A stretch of DNA of 64,000 nt from Escherichia coli O157:H7. GTDB lineage: Bacteria; Pseudomonadota; Gammaproteobacteria; Enterobacterales; Enterobacteriaceae. Position numbers and translations under genes: made by a program. The DNA lies in the NCBI RefSeq assembly GCF_013167455.1, contig NZ_CP038328.1, one strand, 5' to 3'. The stretch's first letter is position 1. Each line of letters starts with the position of its first letter. Below the pieces are notes generated by a model. That model did not search any database, was not told where the DNA came from, and worked only from the letters and a program-made list of their open reading frames with translations. This document shows positions 35,536 to 46,962 of this stretch, one piece after another.

Positions 35536-38082
35536 TCACGAAAAATACTGCTGTAATAGCGGCGTATCGTGATCCTGATTGGCAGGCGGCATGTTACCGA
35601 TAGATTTTGTGCGGAACGGAATCACCTGTTCACGACCATCAACCTTCACAATCTGATAGAACTGCGGCAGGTTGAAGTTGATGAAGCTTGAGCCGTAGGT
35701 AAAACGGTCATGCGATGACGAGTAGAAGCGACTGACGTCACGTACCAGCTCCTCTTTGCTGCCTTCGCAGTGGTGATACACCTCAACCCGATTGCTTTCG
35801 TCGAGAATGTAGATATTAAAGCCATTCTCATCTTGCGTTTCTTCGAAAAAGAACTGGATGATCCCTTCGCTGGCAAAGCCGTCCACCACCGCCGGTAATT
35901 TGACGTGATTGGTTTCAACCTGCACTGACAGGCCGTGCAGTTTGTTATGCGAAATAGCGCCATAAAACTCGATGGCGTTCTCCAGTTTCTGTACCGATAC
36001 ATTCAGGCGTTCGAAGAACAAGCCCCAGGTTTGACCAGAAACGCGCAGCGCCTTGAAACGCCCGGTTTCCTGGCGGGTGCTGGAAAGACGCAATTCAATA
36101 CACTCAGAAACCAGTTGCTGCACGCGAGTACGAATTAAGCCGCGCAGATGCTGGCTATAACAGAAGACTTCCACGCTATCTGGCGGTGCGGCGTCCTGAT
36201 GCATTTTGCCGAGAATAGTTTTCAGGGCTTCGATCATCGATTGCTCGCCGTTGAAGTGCAGCGTACGCACTTCATTCCACGAGTTGCGATACAGCAGGTC
36301 AACGCTACCTACCAGGCAATTTTGATTCTCGCCAAAGCTGAAGACATCCAGCTTACGGAAATCAAAATGCACCACCTGATTGCGGAACGCAGCTGTCGGG
36401 TCATATTCCAGGTTAACGATAATCGCCAGATGGCGGATCTCACACGGGCTGTAGAGCGCCTTCGGTGTCGGTGCAGGTAAGCGCAACGGGAAATGGTGCG
36501 ACACGTCGGCGACCATCTCCTGCAACTTAGGCAAATCGACAATGCCGTTACCTTTAATATACAAGCGGGTGCGCGAGGTCAGCAGGCCGTTAAACCATGC
36601 CCACGCCACCAGTTTATTCAGGTAACGGTTATATTCCAGCGGCTGATGGCTGATGATCGACTCAATATTTGGCGCGCGGTTATACAGATACCAACCTGAA
36701 CGGTTAGCCCGGCCCGGCGGCACATAAATAAAGGTCAGATTCGGTTCCGAGAGATCGGGTGAAATCTGCGGGTTTACCAGCGTCACTTTACCTGGTAATG
36801 CTTCAAACGCGGCATACAGCTTACGCGTCAGCACGCCGATATCCTGCGGACTGGCGGAGACGCTAAGGTTATTGCGACGCGCAAAGCGGATCAGATTACG
36901 GTAGCTCTGCATCATCGCGTCGAGCAACTCGTTGTGCGCCTCACGCACCTGATCAATCTTCCAGTTAGCGCGGTTATCGAGCATTGCCAGACGAGCTTCG
37001 TCCCACCCCCACTCGCTCACTAACTGGCTCAACACTGCGCGACGCCAGCCTACGCAGGCGCGTTCACGGCTGAGCTTTTCGCACACTTTTAAATAGAAGC
37101 AGCGACGTACTAAATCCAGACGGGTGAAATCTTCAATCGCCGTCAGGTATTCAGTAACACGCTCCAGCATCATGCAGTAAGGATCGAGGCCAAACGATAC
37201 AATCTCGCCGTCGTGCAAACGCTGTTTGATATCTTTCGCCAGCAGGCGTGGGTTCGGGTATTCCCAGGAATAGGCTTCCAGCAGCAGTGTCTTCAGCACC
37301 GCTTTGTATGGAGAATCGATACTCTTGTAGAGTTGCCAAAGGCTGGCACCGAAGTATTCTTCAGCGGAAAGCGAGCTTAAGCCGCCGAGATCCAGCCATT
37401 CATTTGGCGTCAGCACGCCTTGTGCGTAGAGCGTCATTACGTAGTCATCGTAATGCTCTTCTTCGTCGCACGGCACCATATTCCACAGAATACGCTTACC
37501 GGCGAGACGCACGGCGGTACGATAAAATTCATCAAGCAGCAGTATATGCTGGGTGGAGCCACAATCTTCGCCCCCCAGACTGCCACTCTCGTTGTGGCGA
37601 AAACGGTTTTCATCAATCAGGAAGAAGCTAACTTCCACACCCAGCGAGGCGGCCCAGCTTTCCAGCAGGCTGCATTTACGTTGTAGCAACTGGCGCTCTT
37701 CGCTATCGAGCCAGGATTGATGACAGACCCAGATATCCAGGTCAGAGGAACAACTTTGCCCTACGGACGAGGTGCTGCCCATGGTGTATACACCAGTAAT
37801 TGGAAGCTCACCTTTCGGCGGGTCCTGTACTGACATTCCACGATACAGTTCAAGCTCGTTCAGGTAGTGGCGTTGAGTTTCATCAGGCGTGTAAAGGCAA
37901 ATGCCTTTGGGAACGTTACCATCAAGGTAACCCGGCATTAGCGGATGGTGATAGTGCAACAATGTCGGCAGTAGACTGTAGACCTGTTGGAATGCAGGCC
38001 CCATAGCAGCAAGCGCGCGATCCACACGCAATTGATTTATGGCATCCAGTCTCTGTTTCAGAGTCTCAATATAGAGGTACAA
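35536..38082 (-). CDS. cyaA: Adenylate cyclase (class I)
   Basis: 848-aa ORF recognised as CyaA; the start codon at 38080-38082 is TTG on the coding strand, as is known for E. coli cyaA. Confidence 0.95.
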   Translation of the reverse strand: MYLYIETLKQRLDAINQLRVDRALAAMGPAFQQVYSLLPTLLHYHHPLMPGYLDGNVPKGICLYTPDETQRHYLNELELYRGMSVQDPPKGELPITGVYTMGSTSSVGQSCSSDLDIWVCHQSWLDSEERQLLQRKCSLLESWAASLGVEVSFFLIDENRFRHNESGSLGGEDCGSTQHILLLDEFYRTAVRLAGKRILWNMVPCDEEEHYDDYVMTLYAQGVLTPNEWLDLGGLSSLSAEEYFGASLWQLYKSIDSPYKAVLKTLLLEAYSWEYPNPRLLAKDIKQRLHDGEIVSFGLDPYCMMLERVTEYLTAIEDFTRLDLVRRCFYLKVCEKLSRERACVGWRRAVLSQLVSEWGWDEARLAMLDNRANWKIDQVREAHNELLDAMMQSYRNLIRFARRNNLSVSASPQDIGVLTRKLYAAFEALPGKVTLVNPQISPDLSEPNLTFIYVPPGRANRSGWYLYNRAPNIESIISHQPLEYNRYLNKLVAWAWFNGLLTSRTRLYIKGNGIVDLPKLQEMVADVSHHFPLRLPAPTPKALYSPCEIRHLAIIVNLEYDPTAAFRNQVVHFDFRKLDVFSFGENQNCLVGSVDLLYRNSWNEVRTLHFNGEQSMIEALKTILGKMHQDAAPPDSVEVFCYSQHLRGLIRTRVQQLVSECIELRLSSTRQETGRFKALRVSGQTWGLFFERLNVSVQKLENAIEFYGAISHNKLHGLSVQVETNHVKLPAVVDGFASEGIIQFFFEETQDENGFNIYILDESNRVEVYHHCEGSKEELVRDVSRFYSSSHDRFTYGSSFINFNLPQFYQIVKVDGREQVIPFRTKSIGNMPPANQDHDTPLLQQYFS

Positions 38083-38468
38083 GACGTATCGCCTGATTTG
38101 CTACCCGTCATGACTGTGATTCCGCCAACATCAACGGTAACACGCGGCATTCGGGATATTTCGTATGTCAAAGGTAACCGTTACCACTTTTCGCGCCTGG
38201 TTTTTTTAGTTTCACGACGAAAAAATGGTCTAAAACGTGATCAATTTAACACCTTGCTGATTGACCGTAAAGAAAGATGCGCTACATACAAGTGTAGCAC
38301 CGTTTATTCTCTGTAAATTCCTTATTACGACGGCGTGAAACGCCTGTCAGGATCCACTGCCAGACCTCATTTTACGGTTTGCGCAGGCGTCTACGTTTCA
38401 CCACAACACTGACATCACTCTGGCAAGGATGTTAGGATGGACCACGGATGATAATGACGGTAACAAGC

Positions 38469-39410
38469 ATGTTAGACAATGTTTTAAGAATTGCCACACG
38501 CCAAAGCCCACTTGCACTCTGGCAGGCACACTATGTCAAAGACAAGTTGATGGCGAGCCATCCGGGCCTGGTCGTTGAACTGGTACCGATGGTGACGCGC
38601 GGCGATGTGATTCTTGATACGCCGCTGGCGAAAGTCGGCGGAAAAGGCTTATTTGTAAAAGAGCTGGAAGTCGCGCTCCTCGAAAATCGCGCCGATATCG
38701 CCGTACATTCAATGAAAGATGTGCCGGTTGAATTCCCGCAAGGTCTGGGCCTGGTCACTATTTGTGAGCGTGAAGATCCTCGCGATGCCTTTGTGTCCAA
38801 TAACTATGACAGTCTGGATGCGTTACCGGCAGGCAGTATCGTCGGGACGTCCAGTTTACGTCGCCAGTGCCAACTGGCTGAACGCCGCCCGGATCTGATT
38901 ATCCGCTCCCTGCGCGGCAACGTCGGCACTCGCCTGAGCAAACTGGATAACGGCGAATACGATGCCATCATTCTTGCCGTAGCCGGACTAAAACGTTTAG
39001 GTCTGGAGTCCCGCATTCGCGCCGCGTTGCCACCCGAGATTTCTCTTCCGGCGGTAGGACAAGGTGCAGTCGGTATTGAATGCCGCCTTGATGATACACG
39101 CACTCGCGAGCTGCTTGCCGCGCTGAATCACCACGAAACTGCACTGCGCGTTACCGCAGAACGCGCCATGAATACCCGTCTCGAAGGTGGATGTCAGGTG
39201 CCAATTGGTAGCTACGCCGAGCTTATTGATGGCGAAATCTGGCTGCGTGCGCTGGTCGGCGCGCCGGACGGTTCGCAGATTATTCGCGGTGAACGCCGCG
39301 GTGCGCCGCAAGATGCCGAACAAATGGGGATTTCGCTGGCAGAAGAGCTACTGAATAACGGCGCGCGCGAGATCCTCGCTGAAGTCTATAACGGAGACGC
39401 CCCGGCATGA
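38469..39410 (+). CDS. hemC: Porphobilinogen deaminase (hydroxymethylbilane synthase)
   Basis: Start at [20 protein letters not shown] (313 aa); recognised HemC. Confidence 0.95.
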
Positions 39411-40147
39411 GTATCCTTGTCACCCGCCCGTCTCCCGCTGGAGAAGAGTTAGTGAGCCGTCTGCGCACACTGGGGCAGGTGGCCTGGCATTTTCCGCTGA
39501 TTGAGTTTTCTCCGGGTCGACAATTACCGCAACTTGCTGATCAACTGGCAGCGCTGGGGGAGAGCGATCTGTTGTTTGCCCTCTCGCAACACGCGGTTGC
39601 TTTTGCCCAATCACAGCTACATCAGCAAGATCGTAAATGGCCCCGACTACCTAATTATTTCGCCATTGGACGCACCACCGCACTGGCACTACATACCGTA
39701 AGCGGACAGAAGATTCTCTACCCGCAGGATCGGGAAATCAGCGAAGTCTTGCTACAATTACCTGAATTACAAAATATTGCGGGCAAACGTGCGCTGATAT
39801 TACGTGGCAATGGCGGTCGTGAGCTAATTGGGGATACCCTGACGGCGCGCGGTGCTGAGGTCACTTTTTGTGAATGTTATCAACGATGCGCAATCCATTA
39901 CGATGGTGCAGAAGAAGCGATGCGCTGGCAATCCCGCGAGGTGACGACGGTCGTTGTTACCAGCGGTGAAATGTTGCAGCAACTCTGGTCGCTGATCCCA
40001 CAATGGTATCGTGAGCACTGGTTACTACACTGTCGACTATTGGTCGTCAGTGAGCGTTTGGCGAAACTCGCCCGGGAACTGGGCTGGCAAGACATTAAGG
40101 TCGCCGATAACGCTGACAACGATGCGCTTTTACGGGCATTACAATAA
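39407..40147 (+). CDS. hemD: Uroporphyrinogen-III synthase
   Basis: 246-aa ORF overlapping the hemC stop by 4 bp; hemCDXY operon order. Confidence 0.9.
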
Positions 40148-40168
40148 CTCTCATAACAGGAAGCCATA

Positions 40169-41428
40169 ATGACGGAACAAGAAAAAACCTCCGCCGTGGT
40201 TGAAGAGACCAGGGAGGCCGTGGACACCACGTCACAACCTGTCGCAACAGAAAAAAAGAGTAAGAACAATACCGCATTGATTCTCAGCGCGGTGGCTATC
40301 GCTATTGCTCTGGCGGCGGGCGTCGGTTTGTATGGCTGGGGTAAACAACAGGCCGTCAATCAGACCGCCACCAGCGATGCCCTGGCTAACCAACTGACGG
40401 CATTGCAAAAAGCCCAGGAGAGCCAAAAAGTCGAGCTGGAAGGCATTATTAAGCAACAAGCTGCACAGCTTAAGCAGGCGAATCGTCAGCAAGAAACGCT
40501 GGCAAAACAGTTGGATGAAGTCCAACAAAAGGTCGCCACCATTTCCGGCAGCGATGCTAAAACCTGGCTGCTGGCTCAGGCCGATTTTCTGGTGAAACTC
40601 GCCGGACGGAAGCTGTGGAGCGATCAGGACGTCACGACCGCTGCAGCGTTGCTGAAAAGTGCAGACGCCAGCCTGGCGGATATGAATGACCCGAGTCTGA
40701 TTACCGTTCGTCGGGCAATTACCGATGATATCGCCAGCCTTTCTGCAGTATCGCAGGTGGATTATGACGGCATCATCCTTAAGCTTAATCAGCTTTCAAA
40801 TCAGGTAGATAACCTGCGTCTGGCCGATAATGACAGCGATGGTTCGCCGATGGATTCCGACGGTGAAGAGCTTTCCAGTTCCATCAGCGAATGGCGTATC
40901 AATCTGCAAAAAAGCTGGCAGAACTTTATGGACAACTTCATTACGATTCGCCGTCGTGATGACACCGCCGTACCGCTGTTAGCGCCAAATCAGGATATCT
41001 ATCTGCGCGAAAATATTCGCTCTCGCCTGCTGGTCGCAGCACAAGCTGTACCGCGTCACCAGCAAGAGACTTATCGCCAGGCGCTGGAGAACGTCTCCAC
41101 CTGGGTACGTGCTTACTACGATACTGATGATGCCACCACCAAAGCGTTCCTCGACGAGGTAGACCAGTTAAGCCAGCAAAATATCTCGATGGATCTTCCG
41201 GAAACCCTGCAAAGCCAGGCGATGCTGGAAAAACTGATGCAGACTCGCGTGCGTAACCTGCTGGCACAACCGGCAGCGGGGACAACGGAAGCTAAACCTG
41301 CACCTGCACCTGCACCTGCACCTGCACCTGCACCTGCACCTGCACCTGCACCTGCACCTGCACCTGCACCTGCACCTGCACCTGCACCGCAAGCTGATAC
41401 TCCGGCAGCCGCGCCGCAAGGAGAATAA
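40169..41428 (+). CDS. hemX: HemX membrane protein, with (Pro-Ala)15 tract near the C-terminus
   Basis: 419-aa ORF with N-terminal membrane anchor and coiled-coil region; recognised as HemX; longer than the ~393 aa I recall for K-12 because of the PA repeat. Confidence 0.9.
   Translation: MTEQEKTSAVVEETREAVDTTSQPVATEKKSKNNTALILSAVAIAIALAAGVGLYGWGKQQAVNQTATSDALANQLTALQKAQESQKVELEGIIKQQAAQLKQANRQQETLAKQLDEVQQKVATISGSDAKTWLLAQADFLVKLAGRKLWSDQDVTTAAALLKSADASLADMNDPSLITVRRAITDDIASLSAVSQVDYDGIILKLNQLSNQVDNLRLADNDSDGSPMDSDGEELSSSISEWRINLQKSWQNFMDNFITIRRRDDTAVPLLAPNQDIYLRENIRSRLLVAAQAVPRHQQETYRQALENVSTWVRAYYDTDDATTKAFLDEVDQLSQQNISMDLPETLQSQAMLEKLMQTRVRNLLAQPAAGTTEAKPAPAPAPAPAPAPAPAPAPAPAPAPAPAPAPQADTPAAAPQGE
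41297..41386 (+). repeat. Perfect hexanucleotide tandem repeat (CCTGCA)x15 within hemX
   Basis: 15 uninterrupted copies of cctgca, in frame, encoding (PA)15. Confidence 0.95.
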
Positions 41429-41430
41429 CC

Positions 41431-42627
41431 ATGCTAAAAGTGTTATTGCTCTTTGTGTTGCTGATTGCGGGGATCGTGGTTGGCCCGATGATTGCCGGTC
41501 ATCAGGGTTATGTGCTGATCCAGACCGACAACTACAATATCGAAACCAGCGTCACGGGCCTGGCGATCATATTGATTCTGGCGATGGTAGTGCTGTTTGC
41601 CATTGAGTGGCTACTGCGGCGGATCTTCCGCACTGGCGCGCACACCCGTGGGTGGTTTGTCGGGCGTAAGCGTCGCCGTGCACGTAAGCAGACCGAACAG
41701 GCGCTGCTGAAACTGGCGGAAGGCGATTATCAGCAAGTTGAAAAGCTGATGGCGAAAAATGCCGATCACGCTGAACAACCGGTGGTGAACTATCTACTGG
41801 CTGCCGAAGCCGCGCAACAACGTGGTGATGAAGCGCGCGCCAACCAACATCTGGAACGCGCAGCGGAGCTGGCCGGCAATGACACCATTCCGGTAGAAAT
41901 CACCCGTGTACGTCTGCAACTGGCCCGTAATGAAAACCATGCTGCACGCCACGGCGTGGATAAGCTGCTGGAAGTTACGCCACGCCATCCGGAAGTATTA
42001 CGTCTGGCGGAACAGGCGTATATCCGCACAGGTGCATGGAGTTCGCTGCTGGATATTATCCCATCAATGGCGAAAGCCCATGTTGGTGATGAAGAACATC
42101 GTGCAATGCTGGAACAACAGGCATGGATTGGCCTGATGGATCAGGCGCGTGCCGATAACGGTAGCGAAGGTTTGCGTAACTGGTGGAAAAACCAAAGCCG
42201 GAAAACGCGTCATCAGGTAGCGTTGCAGGTGGCAATGGCGGAACATCTTATTGAATGTGACGATCATGATACTGCCCAGCAAATTATCATCGATGGCCTG
42301 AAACGCCAGTACGACGATCGCCTACTGCTGCCGATTCCTCGACTGAAAACAAACAATCCGGAACAGCTGGAAAAAGTGCTGCGCCAGCAAATCAAAAACG
42401 TCGGCGATCGCCCGCTGTTGTGGAGCACACTGGGCCAGTCACTGATGAAGCACGGAGAATGGCAGGAAGCATCGCTCGCCTTCCGCGCAGCGCTGAAACA
42501 ACGTCCGGACGCCTACGATTACGCATGGCTTGCCGACGCGCTGGACAGACTGCACAAGCCGGAAGAAGCTGCAGCGATGCGTCGCGACGGTTTGATGTTA
42601 ACGTTGCAGAACAACCCACCACAGTAG
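41431..42627 (+). CDS. hemY: HemY (TPR-containing inner-membrane protein)
   Basis: 398-aa ORF starting 2 bp after the hemX stop; recognised HemY. Confidence 0.95.
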   Translation: MLKVLLLFVLLIAGIVVGPMIAGHQGYVLIQTDNYNIETSVTGLAIILILAMVVLFAIEWLLRRIFRTGAHTRGWFVGRKRRRARKQTEQALLKLAEGDYQQVEKLMAKNADHAEQPVVNYLLAAEAAQQRGDEARANQHLERAAELAGNDTIPVEITRVRLQLARNENHAARHGVDKLLEVTPRHPEVLRLAEQAYIRTGAWSSLLDIIPSMAKAHVGDEEHRAMLEQQAWIGLMDQARADNGSEGLRNWWKNQSRKTRHQVALQVAMAEHLIECDDHDTAQQIIIDGLKRQYDDRLLLPIPRLKTNNPEQLEKVLRQQIKNVGDRPLLWSTLGQSLMKHGEWQEASLAFRAALKQRPDAYDYAWLADALDRLHKPEEAAAMRRDGLMLTLQNNPPQ

Positions 42628-42674
42628 TTCCTTCTCACCCGGAGGCAAGCACCTCCGGGACCTTCCTGACACAT

Positions 42675-42881
42675 AAAAAAACGCCTGCTCTTATTACGGA
42701 GCAGGCGTTAAAACAGGTCTGTATGACAACAAGTGGGTGCTTCACTCAACGTTGTGTCCATGGTGTCTGATGAGGCATAAGCGACATCTGTCAGTGGACG
42801 ATAAGCACCGTAAACGGCTCTGCGTCATTCCGGAGTTTATGAGGCACTAAGGCGAACATAAGAGATGGAATGAGCATCTAC
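42675..42881 (-). ncRNA. glmZ: GlmZ small regulatory RNA
   Basis: Reverse complement begins GUAGAUGCUCAUUCCAUCUCUUAUGUUCGCCUUAGUGCCUCAUAAACUCCGGAAUGACGCAGAGCC... and ends in a terminator hairpin AACGCCUGCUCCGUAAUAAGAGCAGGCGUUUUUUU, matching GlmZ as I recall it, in its known hemY-aslA intergenic position; the same hairpin on the + strand sits 50 bp after the hemY stop. Confidence 0.8.
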
Positions 42882-43305
42882 TCGTTTATTATGCCACAGA
42901 GAATCGGGAAATAACATCCCTTAACACTTGTTATGAGATAATTCTGTAATCCTCTTTGCTTCCTGAGTAATAACTTCCTGAGTGAATATTTAACCTGAGC
43001 TTGATCCTACACATACTTATTATGAATGATAAAATTCATTCAATTAATAACACATATATTAATTGCCGTTAAAACTAAAAACAGCATCAATAATCAACGC
43101 GATATAATAAACCTGCCTTACATATCAACTGCGCCAGAGGTAGGATTGAAAACGCTCTCCTGATTTTTAAATTCATTTCTTGGATAAATAAATAATTTAT
43201 TTTTATCACTATTATTTATGTAATCATCCTGTCAGGGAGAGGGATCTCAATTATCAATGCTTAATTACGTCATCATTTTGTTGACATGAAACCGGAGCAT
43301 TTTGC

Positions 43306-44961
43306 ATGGAATTTTCGTTTTCACCCAAACTTCTTGTTGTTGCTGTCGCCGCCGCTCTTCCTCTCATGGCCAGCGCAGCAGATACCCCGTCAACTGCCAC
43401 CGCGCGCAAAGGCTTTGCCGGATACGATCACCCAAACCAGTATCTGGTTAAACCGGCGACCACTATTGCCGACAACATGATGCCAGTAATGCAGCATCCG
43501 GCGCAGGATAAAGAACCCCAGCAGAAGCTGGCAGAACTTGAGAAAAAAACCGGTAAGAAACCGAATGTGGTTGTTTTCTTGCTGGACGATGTGGGCTGGA
43601 TGGACGTCGGTTTTAACGGTGGCGGCGTGGCGGTGGGTAACCCTACACCAGATATCGACGCCGTTGCCAGCCAGGGGCTGATTTTAACTTCGGCGTATTC
43701 TCAACCAAGCTCTTCCCCAACCCGCGCCACCATTCTCACCGGACAATACTCCATCCACCACGGCATTCTGATGCCGCCAATGTACGGGCAACCGGGCGGG
43801 CTGCAAGGGTTAACCACGCTGCCGCAGTTGCTGCACGATCAGGGCTACGTCACTCAGGCCATCGGGAAATGGCATATGGGGGAAAACAAAGAGTCGCAGC
43901 CGCAGAACGTTGGCTTTGATGATTTCCGTGGCTTTAACTCGGTGTCTGATATGTACACCGAATGGCGCGACGTTCACGTCAATCCGGAAGTGGCCCTGAG
44001 TCCGGACCGTTCTGAATACATCAAGCAATTACCATTTAGCAAAGATGACGTTCATGCGGTGCGCGGCGGCGAACAACAGGCCATTGCCGACATTACGCCG
44101 AAATATATGGAAGATCTGGATCAACGCTGGATGGAATATGGCGTTAAGTTCCTCGACAAGATGGCGAAGAGTGATAAGCCTTTCTTCCTCTATTACGGCA
44201 CTCGCGGCTGTCACTTCGATAACTACCCGAACGCCAAATATGCGGGTAGCTCTCCGGCACGCACCTCGTATGGCGACTGCATGGTGGAAATGAACGATGT
44301 GTTCGCTAATCTGTATAAAGCACTGGAGAAAAACGGTCAGCTTGATAACACGCTGATTGTCTTTACCTCCGATAACGGACCGGAAGCCGAAGTACCGCCG
44401 CACGGACGCACACCGTTCCGTGGTGCGAAAGGATCTACCTGGGAAGGCGGCGTTCGCGTACCGACTTTCGTTTACTGGAAAGGCATGATCCAACCGCGTA
44501 AATCTGACGGTATTGTTGATCTGGCAGATCTCTTCCCAACAGCACTGGATCTGGCGGGGCATCCTGGTGCGAAAGTGGCGAATTTAGTGCCGAAAACCAC
44601 CTTTATCGATGGTGTGGACCAGACATCTTTCTTCCTGGGAACAAATGGTCAGTCTAACCGTAAGGCCGAGCACTACTTCCTCAACGGTAAACTCGCTGCT
44701 GTGCGTATGGATGAATTCAAGTATCACGTCCTGATTCAGCAACCTTACGCTTATACCCAGAGCGGATATCAGGGTGGATTCACCGGCACAGTAATGCAAA
44801 CAGCCGGATCGTCGGTGTTTAACCTCTACACCGATCCGCAGGAGAGCGACTCTATCGGCGTGCGCCATATTCCGATGGGTGTACCGCTACAGACCGAAAT
44901 GCACGCGTATATGGAGATCCTGAAAAAGTATCCACCACGCGCGCAGATTAAATCTGATTAA
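43306..44961 (+). CDS. aslA: Arylsulfatase-like protein AslA (Ser-type sulfatase)
   Basis: 551-aa ORF with signal peptide and sulfatase signature [12 protein letters not shown] (Ser at the formylglycine position). Confidence 0.95.
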   Translation: MEFSFSPKLLVVAVAAALPLMASAADTPSTATARKGFAGYDHPNQYLVKPATTIADNMMPVMQHPAQDKEPQQKLAELEKKTGKKPNVVVFLLDDVGWMDVGFNGGGVAVGNPTPDIDAVASQGLILTSAYSQPSSSPTRATILTGQYSIHHGILMPPMYGQPGGLQGLTTLPQLLHDQGYVTQAIGKWHMGENKESQPQNVGFDDFRGFNSVSDMYTEWRDVHVNPEVALSPDRSEYIKQLPFSKDDVHAVRGGEQQAIADITPKYMEDLDQRWMEYGVKFLDKMAKSDKPFFLYYGTRGCHFDNYPNAKYAGSSPARTSYGDCMVEMNDVFANLYKALEKNGQLDNTLIVFTSDNGPEAEVPPHGRTPFRGAKGSTWEGGVRVPTFVYWKGMIQPRKSDGIVDLADLFPTALDLAGHPGAKVANLVPKTTFIDGVDQTSFFLGTNGQSNRKAEHYFLNGKLAAVRMDEFKYHVLIQQPYAYTQSGYQGGFTGTVMQTAGSSVFNLYTDPQESDSIGVRHIPMGVPLQTEMHAYMEILKKYPPRAQIKSD

Positions 44962-44989
44962 GCCGGCGCTATCGCTGAGATCTGCCTTT

Positions 44990-45093
<104 letters not shown>

Positions 45094-45128
45094 AATCAAC
45101 CGCAGGCGACCACAAAATGGCCGCTTTT

Positions 45129-46364
45129 TTACTTACTCACCACCAGCAAATGCGCCTGCATAATGTCGCTGGCCGGGCGACCGTGCGCCAGCAAATCAGC
45201 CATTGCTTTAAGATATGGCGGTAGATGGCGGAAATAACGCTGATACCCGGCACACAAATAATTCAGTCCCGGTTTGCCGCTGGCATCGAGCATGAAGCGG
45301 TGTTTCGGGCAGCCTCCCCAACATGCTTTTAACACGTTACAACTGCGACACTGCGCCGGTAATTGCTTAAATTTATCTTCACCAAACACCTGCTGTTGCG
45401 GGGAATCGATCATTTCTGCAATTGTTTGCTGGTGCATATTCCCCAGTCGATATTGCGGATAAACATAGTGATCGCAGGCGTAAACGTCGCCATTGTGCTC
45501 AACAATCACCGAGCGCCCACAGGTTGGCTGATGATGGCAAACCGCACCCGGCGCACCGACAAAATTGGCAAACGCCCATTCGATATTCATCACGAAAATC
45601 TTGCCGACGTCGCGTTTAATCCAGTGGTCGAATATCGCCACCAGAAATTCACCAAATTCATCGGGGCGCACAGACCATTCCGTCAGTTCCCCCTGAATAT
45701 CACCAGGCGCATGTAGTTTCAGTCCTTCGCGGGCAGTCGTTTCATCAGCCAGGCGCTCGACCACCGGAATAAACTGGATGAATTCGACTCCCGCATCGCA
45801 CAAAAAATCATAAACCTGTAACGGTTGCTGCGCGCTGGTGCGGTTGACGCAGACCAGCACGTTATAGTCGACATGATGTTTTTGCAGGAGCGTCAGGGCA
45901 CGCATCACCAGTTTATGCGTGGGTCTGCCGCCTTTTGTCACGCGATATTGATTGTGGATCTCAGCCGGACCATCCAGCGATAACCCAACAAGAAAATGAT
46001 TTTCTGCCAGAAATGCACACCATTCATCATCGAGCAGTACGCCGTTAGTCTGGAAGCTGTTACTTATCTTCCTGCCAGCACCATATTTCGCCTGTAGCGC
46101 CACGGCACGGCGGTAAAACTCCAGCCCGAGTAGCGTTGGTTCGCCGCCCTGCCAGGTAAAAGCCACTTCGTTTTGCGGTTCGCTGGCAGCGATATAGTGA
46201 CGGACATACGCTTCCAGCGTGTCATCGTCCATATGCGTGACTGGCTTTTCGCGGTAAAGGGATTGTTTTTCGAGATAAAAACAGTAGTCACAGTTCAGAT
46301 TACAATCGGAACCGCTCGGTTTCGCCATCACATGAAAAGCACGCGTTGGAACCTGTTGCAGCAT
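45129..46364 (-). CDS. aslB: Anaerobic sulfatase-maturating enzyme homologue (radical SAM)
   Basis: Start at MLQQVPTRAFHVMAKPSGSDCNLNCDYC (411 aa); CxxxCxxC radical-SAM cluster motif. Confidence 0.95.
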   Translation of the reverse strand: MLQQVPTRAFHVMAKPSGSDCNLNCDYCFYLEKQSLYREKPVTHMDDDTLEAYVRHYIAASEPQNEVAFTWQGGEPTLLGLEFYRRAVALQAKYGAGRKISNSFQTNGVLLDDEWCAFLAENHFLVGLSLDGPAEIHNQYRVTKGGRPTHKLVMRALTLLQKHHVDYNVLVCVNRTSAQQPLQVYDFLCDAGVEFIQFIPVVERLADETTAREGLKLHAPGDIQGELTEWSVRPDEFGEFLVAIFDHWIKRDVGKIFVMNIEWAFANFVGAPGAVCHHQPTCGRSVIVEHNGDVYACDHYVYPQYRLGNMHQQTIAEMIDSPQQQVFGEDKFKQLPAQCRSCNVLKACWGGCPKHRFMLDASGKPGLNYLCAGYQRYFRHLPPYLKAMADLLAHGRPASDIMQAHLLVVSK

Positions 46365-46474
46365 GGTCGCTCCTTGCCTGAAGTCATCCTTCAATACGTT
46401 AAGGGCGAAATCATACCGTGGGGCAATGAGTTATTACGGGCGTTTATTGCGAAGGGAGGGTGACGAAATGCACA

Positions 46475-46502
46475 GAAAACAAAAAACCCCGCCGAAGCGG
46501 GG
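46475..46502 (-). terminator. Intrinsic terminator of the tRNA operon
   Basis: On the minus strand: hairpin ccccgc-uucg-gcgggg followed by a run of T residues, just downstream of tRNA-Pro. Confidence 0.8.
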
Positions 46503-46510
46503 TTCAAAAT

Positions 46511-46587
46511 TGGTCGGCGAGAGAGGATTCGAACCTCCGACCCACTGGTCCCAAACCAGTTGCGCTACCAAGCTGCGCTACTCGCCG
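46511..46587 (-). tRNA. proM: tRNA-Pro (anticodon UGG)
   Basis: Reverse complement = CGGCGAGTAGCGCAGCTTGGTAGCGCAACTGGTTTGGGACCAGTGGGTCGGAGGTTCGAATCCTCTCTCGCCGACCA; full cloverleaf, encoded CCA. Confidence 0.95.
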
Positions 46588-46629
46588 AAATACTGCTTTT
46601 TGAATTTTTAGTTCAATTCTTTAAAGTCG

Positions 46630-46716
46630 TGGTGCGAGGGGGGGGACTTGAACCCCCACGTCCGTAAGGACACTAACACCTGAAGCTAGCGCGTCTACCA
46701 ATTCCGCCACCTTCGC
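46630..46716 (-). tRNA. leuT: tRNA-Leu (anticodon CAG), copy 1
   Basis: Reverse complement = GCGAAGGTGGCGGAATTGGTAGACGCGCTAGCTTCAGGTGTTAGTGTCCTTACGGACGTGGGGGTTCAAGTCCCCCCCCTCGCACCA. Confidence 0.95.
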
Positions 46717-46735
46717 ATTGTCACAACTTCTAATA

Positions 46736-46812
46736 ATGGGGTGGCTAATGGGATTCGAACCTCCGACCCACTGGTCCCAAACCAGTTGCGCTACCAAGCT
46801 GCGCTACTCGCC
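46736..46812 (-). pseudogene. Hybrid pseudo-tRNA: tRNA-Pro 5' portion fused to tRNA-His 3' portion
   Basis: Minus-strand sequence is identical to proM from the 5' end through the 5' T-stem (CGGCGAG...GGGUCGGAGG) and then continues as the hisR T-loop, 3' T-stem and 3' acceptor strand (UUCGAAUCCCAUUAGCCACCCCA); the acceptor stem (CGGCGAG vs UAGCCACC) and T-stem (GGAGG vs CCCAU) cannot pair. Confidence 0.85.
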
Positions 46813-46854
46813 GAAATACTGCTTTTTGAATTTTTAGTTCAATTCTTTAAAGTC

Positions 46855-46941
46855 GTGGTGCGAGGGGGGGGACTTGAACCCCCACGTCCGTAAGGACACT
46901 AACACCTGAAGCTAGCGCGTCTACCAATTCCGCCACCTTCG
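46855..46941 (-). tRNA. leuT: tRNA-Leu (anticodon CAG), copy 2
   Basis: Identical to copy 1; part of the tandem duplication. Confidence 0.95.
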
Positions 46942-46962
46942 CATTGTCACAACTTCTAATAA

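Larger units (their letters stand above)
46511..46962. repeat. 226-bp tandem direct duplication within the argX-hisR-leuT-proM tRNA operon
   Basis: The block ggattcgaacctccgacccactggtcccaaacc...(leuT)...aatggggtggctaatg occurs twice head-to-tail (first ggattcgaac at 46525, second at 46751); junction lies in the GGATTCGAACC T-loop segment shared by tRNA-His and tRNA-Pro. Confidence 0.9.

Noticed and set aside
41168-41419. 83-aa minus-strand ORF rich in RCRC repeats
   Set aside because: Artefact of reading the hemX (CCTGCA)n repeat on the opposite strand
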